This document shows, in pieces, positions 59,021 to 64,000 of a DNA stretch of 64,000 bases. The notes beneath the pieces are model-generated. The model searched no databases. It was not told where the DNA came from and saw only the letters and a program-made list of their open reading frames with translations. The translations under genes and the position numbers were made by a program. Source of the stretch: a virus. Its lineage: Duplodnaviria > Caudoviricetes. Position 1 is the first letter of the stretch; each line of letters begins with the position of its first letter. The stretch lies in IMG/VR virus record IMGVR_UViG_3300032050_000002. One strand, given 5' to 3'.

Positions 59021-59908
59021 ATGTCTAGACTATTTTTTAGTTCATTAAGTGGTGTTGATTACGGAGGAAGTATTGACCCGATAACTTTAAACCCAACGGT
59101 TTATTTTCAGGTGTTTGATACAAGTTATTTAACCCCGTCATCACCTTCTTCAGGAACTTCAATTACTGAAATTAGACAATACACGGCGGAAACTTATTCA
59201 GCAATTACCGCTGCGACCGATTGTGCCCCAACTTGGGATGTTTTGGGGGGTCAAAATTTACTTTATTTTCCCGCAATATATGGTTCTTGCTGGCCACCTC
59301 CTTGTGTTGCGACTTGTGATGGTAGTTATTATACAACGAATCAAAATATTAGTTTTATGTCTACAAGTGGGTATTCATTTACTCTTTATCTTGTAGTAAA
59401 ACCGTTATCGGGAAGAACTGCTGATATTTCAAGTAATCTAAATTTTATATTAAACGATGACCCATTATATTTACCTTTACCAAGAACTTCAAATGTAGAA
59501 TATATTGCGGTAGTCGATAATAAAGACATTTATTTAAAAACAGAAACAGATAATTATAACACAATACTAAATGTACCAATTGAGATTAACTCTGATGAAA
59601 CCGAACTTCAGTCAAAAAATTTAAGAATCTTTTCAATTAGGGCTCAAGACACTAGAGATTTAATAAACAATTCCGTTTTTACGTATGTTAATGGAATACA
59701 GACAACCGCGATGACTCAGTCAACCGTTACAACAGGAACTACAATAGGAATTGATTTTTCTTTAGGAGGAGTAAATCCAACCAATAGTATTGTAGAGGAA
59801 TTATATCAAGGTTATTTTGGGGAATTAATAATTTTTAATACAATACACTCAATTGATACTCACAGTAAAATAATAACCTTCTTAAAAAATAGGTGGGGAA
59901 TATCATAA
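59021..59908 (+). CDS. putative virion protein with LamG-like C-terminus
   Basis: TYVNG, GYFGELIIFN, FLKNRWGI. Confidence 0.55.
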   Translation: MSRLFFSSLSGVDYGGSIDPITLNPTVYFQVFDTSYLTPSSPSSGTSITEIRQYTAETYSAITAATDCAPTWDVLGGQNLLYFPAIYGSCWPPPCVATCDGSYYTTNQNISFMSTSGYSFTLYLVVKPLSGRTADISSNLNFILNDDPLYLPLPRTSNVEYIAVVDNKDIYLKTETDNYNTILNVPIEINSDETELQSKNLRIFSIRAQDTRDLINNSVFTYVNGIQTTAMTQSTVTTGTTIGIDFSLGGVNPTNSIVEELYQGYFGELIIFNTIHSIDTHSKIITFLKNRWGIS

Positions 59909-59913
59909 GTTAT

Positions 59914-59942
59914 TTGACAATTCATTAGATTAATTTTATATT
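59914..59942 (+). promoter_or_regulatory. sigma70-like promoter TTGACA-N17-TATATT upstream of polB
   Basis: exact spacing; overlaps an ATATTTAT motif (59938-59945). Confidence 0.65.
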
Positions 59943-60003
59943 TATTTAGGTAAGGTAAATCTCAAATAGTTTGAGAGCGAATAAACCACTTTAAATTTTT
60001 ATT

Positions 60004-62778
60004 ATGATTAGTCAAGAAGAAATCAAATCCTTCTTAGAGGGTAATGACCCCGAAGAACACATTGTTGCGATAGAATTCGATTACGCAACCGATTCCATTT
60101 ATAAAATAAAAGAACCACCAGGACAAGGAAAGATTATCAAGAAAGATAATTTTACCGCATTTGCTTGGGTCGGAGACCTTAAAGGGATAAATTTTTATCA
60201 ATCATCAAAAGCACTACAAAAAGAGGCTATGTCCAAATACGGAATTATGATTGAGAAACTTGAGACCAAAGGAAATAAAAGATTGGAAGATGGTCTTAAA
60301 TTTATGGTTAAATCTTTAAAAGGTTACCGTTCACTCATACAATTCTTCAGAGATGGTGGGGCAGACCCTTGGGGAGAAAGAACAAAAGATTTAATAATGG
60401 TTCTACCTCCAGTAGAACAATATCTAATCCAAAAAGAAAAACGTTTATTTAAAGGATATGAAGAATACAACGACATCACAAGGTTTGTATTTGACTTGGA
60501 GACGACCTCATTAGAACCAAAAGACGGTCGTATTTTTATGATTGGATTAAAAACAAATAAAGGATTTCAAAAAGTTATTGAATGTTCCGATGAAGAGCAA
60601 GAAAGAGCGGGACTTGTTGAGTTCTTTAGAATTATAGATGAGATAAAACCAACAATCATTGGTGGTTATAACTCCGCAAATTTCGACTGGTATTGGATAT
60701 TTGAAAGATGTAAGGCGTTACATTTGGATATTAAAAAGATATGTAGAACATTAAATCCGAACTACAATATTAAACAAAGTGAGAATTTACTTAAACTCGC
60801 CAATGAGGTTGAGAAATATAATCAGGTTGGAATGTGGGGTTATAATGTTATTGATATTTTACATTCGGTTAGAAGAGCTCAAGCTATTAACTCAAGTATT
60901 AAGTCAGCGGGTCTTAAATATATTACACAATATATTGAGGCAGAAGCACCTGACCGTGTTTATATTCCCCATGAAGATATTGGTGCAATGTATCGTGATA
61001 AGAATGAGTATTGGTTAAACATTACAAACGGAAAATATAAAAGAGCGGATAAACCTGAGTTCGATAATTTAGATACAAGATTTCCTGGAACATATATAAA
61101 AGTAACGGGGGATAATATTGTTGAGAGATATCTTGATGACGATTTGGAGGAAACCCTATTAGTCGATGATGAATTTAATCAAGGGACATTCTTACTTGCG
61201 TCAATGGTACCAACAACTTACGAGAGAGTTTCTACTATGGGAACTGCGACTTTATGGAAGATGTTGATGTTAGCTTGGTCTTATAAATTCAAATTAGCAA
61301 TTCCTAAAAAACAAGAAAAAGCGGACTTTGTAGGAGGATTATCAAGATTACTAAAAGTAGGATATTCAAAGTCAGTATTAAAACTAGATTATTCTTCACT
61401 ATACCCATCTATTCAATTAGTTCATGACGTGTTCCCTGATTGTGATGTTACAGGAGCAATGAAAGGAATGTTATCTTATTTCAGAAATACTCGTATTATG
61501 TATAAGAACTTAGCGGGGGAATGGTATGAGAAAGATAAGAAAAAATCATTATCTTATGACCGTAAACAGTTACCTATTAAGATTTTCATTAACTCAATGT
61601 TCGGGGCTTTATCAGCACCACAAGTATTTGCTTGGGGAGATATGTTTATGGGAGAACAGATTACTTGTACGGGAAGACAATATCTTAGAATGATGATTAA
61701 GTTCTTTATGAAAAAAGGTTATACTCCGCTAGTAATGGACACCGATGGGGTCAATTTTTCAAAACCTGATGGAGTGGAGAATAGAGTTTATATTGGTAAA
61801 GGTAATAATTGGAAAGTTAAAAAGGGTAAAGAGTATAAGGGTGATGATGCTGATGTTGCAGAATTTAACGATATGTTTATGAGAGGTGAGATGGCATTAG
61901 ATACCGATGGAACTTGGCCTTCTTGTATTAATCTTGCTCGTAAAAACTACGCGGTTATGGACGCAAAAGGTAAAATCAAATTAACAGGTAATACAATTAA
62001 ATCAAAAAAACTTCCACTATATATTGAAGACTTTTTAGATAAAGGAGTTAAATACTTGCTTGAGGGTAAAGGTCAGGAGTTTGTTGAGTGGTATTACGAA
62101 TACCTATCCAAGATATACAATAAAGAAATCCCACTAATGAAAATCGCCCAAAGAGCGAAAGTAAAACTTAGTATGGATGATTATATCAAAAGGTCAAAAC
62201 AAAAAACAAAGGCGGGTGGTGATATGTCGATGATGGCACATATGGAATTAGCAAGACAACATAAGTTAAATGTTAATTTGGGTGACGTTATCTATTATGT
62301 AAATAACGGGACAAAGGCTTCAGAGGGGGATGTTCAGAAGATAACAAAAAAATTAACTAAGAAACAAATAACTGAACTTGAGGCAGCAGGTAAAAAAGTT
62401 CCTGAACCAACAAAAGAAATTCAAATTAATTGTTATATGTTAGATGCCAAAACATTAGAAAATAATCCAGGTATGACAGGTGATTATAATGTTGCAAGAG
62501 CGGTAACAACATTTAATAAAAGGATTGAGCCATTACTTGTGGTATTTAAAGATGAAGTTAGAGATAGTTTACTTGTTGACAAACCTGAAGATAGAGGGTT
62601 ATTTACAAAAGACCAATGTGAATTAATTAATGGACACCCATTTGAACCTGAAGACCAAGATTCTTTAGAAGAAGTTTTAAAATTATCTGAAGGGGAAGTT
62701 AAGTATTGGGAGAAAAGAGGTATTGACCCTAACTATATGTATGAATTGGCTGATGAAGGGTGGGAAGAATACATTTAA
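60004..62778 (+). CDS. polB: family B DNA polymerase
   Basis: FDLETT (ExoI), YNSANFD (ExoII), LDYSSLYPS, KIFINSMFG, MDTDG; no intein seen. Confidence 0.95.
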   Translation: MISQEEIKSFLEGNDPEEHIVAIEFDYATDSIYKIKEPPGQGKIIKKDNFTAFAWVGDLKGINFYQSSKALQKEAMSKYGIMIEKLETKGNKRLEDGLKFMVKSLKGYRSLIQFFRDGGADPWGERTKDLIMVLPPVEQYLIQKEKRLFKGYEEYNDITRFVFDLETTSLEPKDGRIFMIGLKTNKGFQKVIECSDEEQERAGLVEFFRIIDEIKPTIIGGYNSANFDWYWIFERCKALHLDIKKICRTLNPNYNIKQSENLLKLANEVEKYNQVGMWGYNVIDILHSVRRAQAINSSIKSAGLKYITQYIEAEAPDRVYIPHEDIGAMYRDKNEYWLNITNGKYKRADKPEFDNLDTRFPGTYIKVTGDNIVERYLDDDLEETLLVDDEFNQGTFLLASMVPTTYERVSTMGTATLWKMLMLAWSYKFKLAIPKKQEKADFVGGLSRLLKVGYSKSVLKLDYSSLYPSIQLVHDVFPDCDVTGAMKGMLSYFRNTRIMYKNLAGEWYEKDKKKSLSYDRKQLPIKIFINSMFGALSAPQVFAWGDMFMGEQITCTGRQYLRMMIKFFMKKGYTPLVMDTDGVNFSKPDGVENRVYIGKGNNWKVKKGKEYKGDDADVAEFNDMFMRGEMALDTDGTWPSCINLARKNYAVMDAKGKIKLTGNTIKSKKLPLYIEDFLDKGVKYLLEGKGQEFVEWYYEYLSKIYNKEIPLMKIAQRAKVKLSMDDYIKRSKQKTKAGGDMSMMAHMELARQHKLNVNLGDVIYYVNNGTKASEGDVQKITKKLTKKQITELEAAGKKVPEPTKEIQINCYMLDAKTLENNPGMTGDYNVARAVTTFNKRIEPLLVVFKDEVRDSLLVDKPEDRGLFTKDQCELINGHPFEPEDQDSLEEVLKLSEGEVKYWEKRGIDPNYMYELADEGWEEYI

Positions 62779-63158
62779 TCCAACTTAATACCATCGGACG
62801 AAATTATATACCAGTTGTTTTCAATTAAAACCATCTCAACACAAGCACCCTTACTTATATTAAGTTCATCATAGTACTCATCTATCTTTCCGATAGATGG
62901 GGTTATGGTAACGTTTGTTAATACTTTAATAATAAGGTGGTCGGATTTAGAATTGTCTAAAACTAAATTACAATGTTCGGCATTTTTGATTAAAATTAAA
63001 TCTTCACCATTTGTTTTATACGAAGATTCGGTTACGACTTTTTTTAAAAACTCAGGCACTAACGGAATAAGTTTCTCAAAATATTCAATCTCTTTATGTT
63101 GTTTAATATTATAGGTTTTATCACCAATTTTTTTCCTAACCAATGTCGATTTTATCAT
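62775..63158 (-). CDS. hypothetical protein
   Basis: 127-aa ORF coupled to the neck gene. Confidence 0.7.
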   Translation of the reverse strand: MIKSTLVRKKIGDKTYNIKQHKEIEYFEKLIPLVPEFLKKVVTESSYKTNGEDLILIKNAEHCNLVLDNSKSDHLIIKVLTNVTITPSIGKIDEYYDELNISKGACVEMVLIENNWYIISSDGIKLD

Positions 63159-64000
63159 ATTACATAAATTTGTCTTGGCATTGCGGTAAATTTCTTTTGT
63201 TTGTTTAAGTTTTCCGCAAGTAACGCCTCACGCTCCATTACTTTTTCAGGTCTTAATCTTGTTAATCTACCCTCAGCACCTGTTAATTCCTCAATTAATT
63301 TAGTTTTTTCGTCTTTTGACTCAGTCGCTAAAGATTGGTAATCCATTGTTAATTCAGAATCAGGAGTTTTTAAATTACCGCTATATTTTCCTCTTACCTT
63401 TGATAAGGTTTCTTTACAATATGCAATAAACCATCTTCTAACCCATTGTTGTGCTGGGTTATTAAGGTCTGCCCAACTAATCTTTTCAAACGGAACATCA
63501 GAAGGTAATCTAATAATATCAGGATTGTCCTTCAAACATTTATCTCTATCAGGACCATCAACCTCATAATACCAATACCAAACCTTACCTCTCATTAATG
63601 TAGAATTTCCAAAATCAAATTTACCACCTGGTACATTCATAAGGTGAATTGCCTTCTTTCCTTCAGGAAGTGCGGTAACTCTATATGTTAATTCTCCCGC
63701 AATAATTCTTCTTTGTATATTAATCTCTTGCATTCTTAATAACATATCAAAGGCAGGCATCATAAAATATGAGCCCGAATAACCAAACTGAGAATAACCA
63801 GCGGGTCCTCCCAAACCAACACCACCTAATGCTCCAAATGTCCAAGGGTCAAATAATAAATTATTTAACTCAGCCGGAGTAAACCATAATAATTCATTTA
63901 ATTCTCTACCGGCAGGAATTTCGTACATTTGTTGTCCTTTAACTAATTGTATGTAATCTTTTTTAAGAACAGAATCTCCTCCCGCTTGCAATCCAACAAT
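63155..64000 (-). CDS. neck/head-completion protein, T4 gp13-like (5'-partial)
   Basis: WVRRWFIAYCKETLSKVRGKYSG...ELTMDYQSL resembles the gp13-like C-terminus; frame open to window end. Confidence 0.6.
   Translation of the reverse strand: MVGLQAGGDSVLKKDYIQLVKGQQMYEIPAGRELNELLWFTPAELNNLLFDPWTFGALGGVGLGGPAGYSQFGYSGSYFMMPAFDMLLRMQEINIQRRIIAGELTYRVTALPEGKKAIHLMNVPGGKFDFGNSTLMRGKVWYWYYEVDGPDRDKCLKDNPDIIRLPSDVPFEKISWADLNNPAQQWVRRWFIAYCKETLSKVRGKYSGNLKTPDSELTMDYQSLATESKDEKTKLIEELTGAEGRLTRLRPEKVMEREALLAENLNKQKKFTAMPRQIYVI

Noticed and set aside
60004-62778. Intein or intron in polB
   Set aside because: Polymerase motifs are contiguous; no Cys/Ser...His-Asn splice junctions or LAGLIDADG insert are seen.
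1435-63114. Other short overlapping ORFs in the track (e.g. 2937-3290, 11093-11374, 33721-34167, 36125-36571, 53617-53994, 56690-57064)
   Set aside because: They are fully nested opposite or within longer genes with recognisable motifs, and have no independent start context.
1-64000. Eukaryotic giant-virus (NCLDV) or bacterial chromosome origin, suggested by GT60, papain protease, sulfotransferases and cysC
   Set aside because: gp55-, gp5- and gp13-like genes, PG-binding domain, PhoH, overlapping operonic genes, intrinsic terminators and a Bacteroidota promoter indicate a tailed bacteriophage; no NCLDV core or bacterial housekeeping genes are seen.
1-64000. Stop-codon reassignment as in some Bacteroidota jumbo phages
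   Set aside because: Standard-code ORFs tile the window densely and conserved enzymes are full length.
1-64000. tRNA or rRNA genes
   Set aside because: No intergenic gap shows a cloverleaf or T-loop (GTTCRA) context by eye; tRNAscan-SE would be needed to exclude them formally.

Overview
This 64 kb window is very AT-rich and gene-dense, uses the standard code, and comes from a large tailed (jumbo, myovirus-like) phage. Evidence for this: gp55-like late sigma factor, gp5-like baseplate spike, gp13-like neck protein, PhoH, dUTPase, DnaQ-like exonuclease and family-B DNA polymerase. The host is probably Bacteroidota: one exact TTTG-N20-TATCTTTG promoter is present and starts are A-rich with almost no Shine-Dalgarno sites. 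Layout: 1-12.7 kb holds putative head and baseplate genes. 13.4-31.6 kb is a minus-strand glycan-tailoring island with about 10 glycosyltransferase-like genes, APS kinase CysC, sulfotransferases, 4 methyltransferases and an epimerase. 34.3-59.9 kb is a plus-strand virion/tail-fibre region, followed by polB and the neck gene. The most striking observation is a four-gene glycosyltransferase cluster headed by a GT60-family (polypeptide O-GlcNAc-initiating) enzyme. It sits between virion genes carrying mucin-like Pro/Thr tracts, which suggests a phage-encoded mucin-type O-glycosylation pathway for the virion, possibly with PAPS-dependent sulfation and methylation. Other signals: three promoter classes including a recurrent RTATTTAT motif, a virion protein fused to a papain-like protease, a stand-alone WYL domain, a cassette-insertion scar, and module exchange between fibre genes. 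All family assignments come from motif recognition by eye; no database searches were run.
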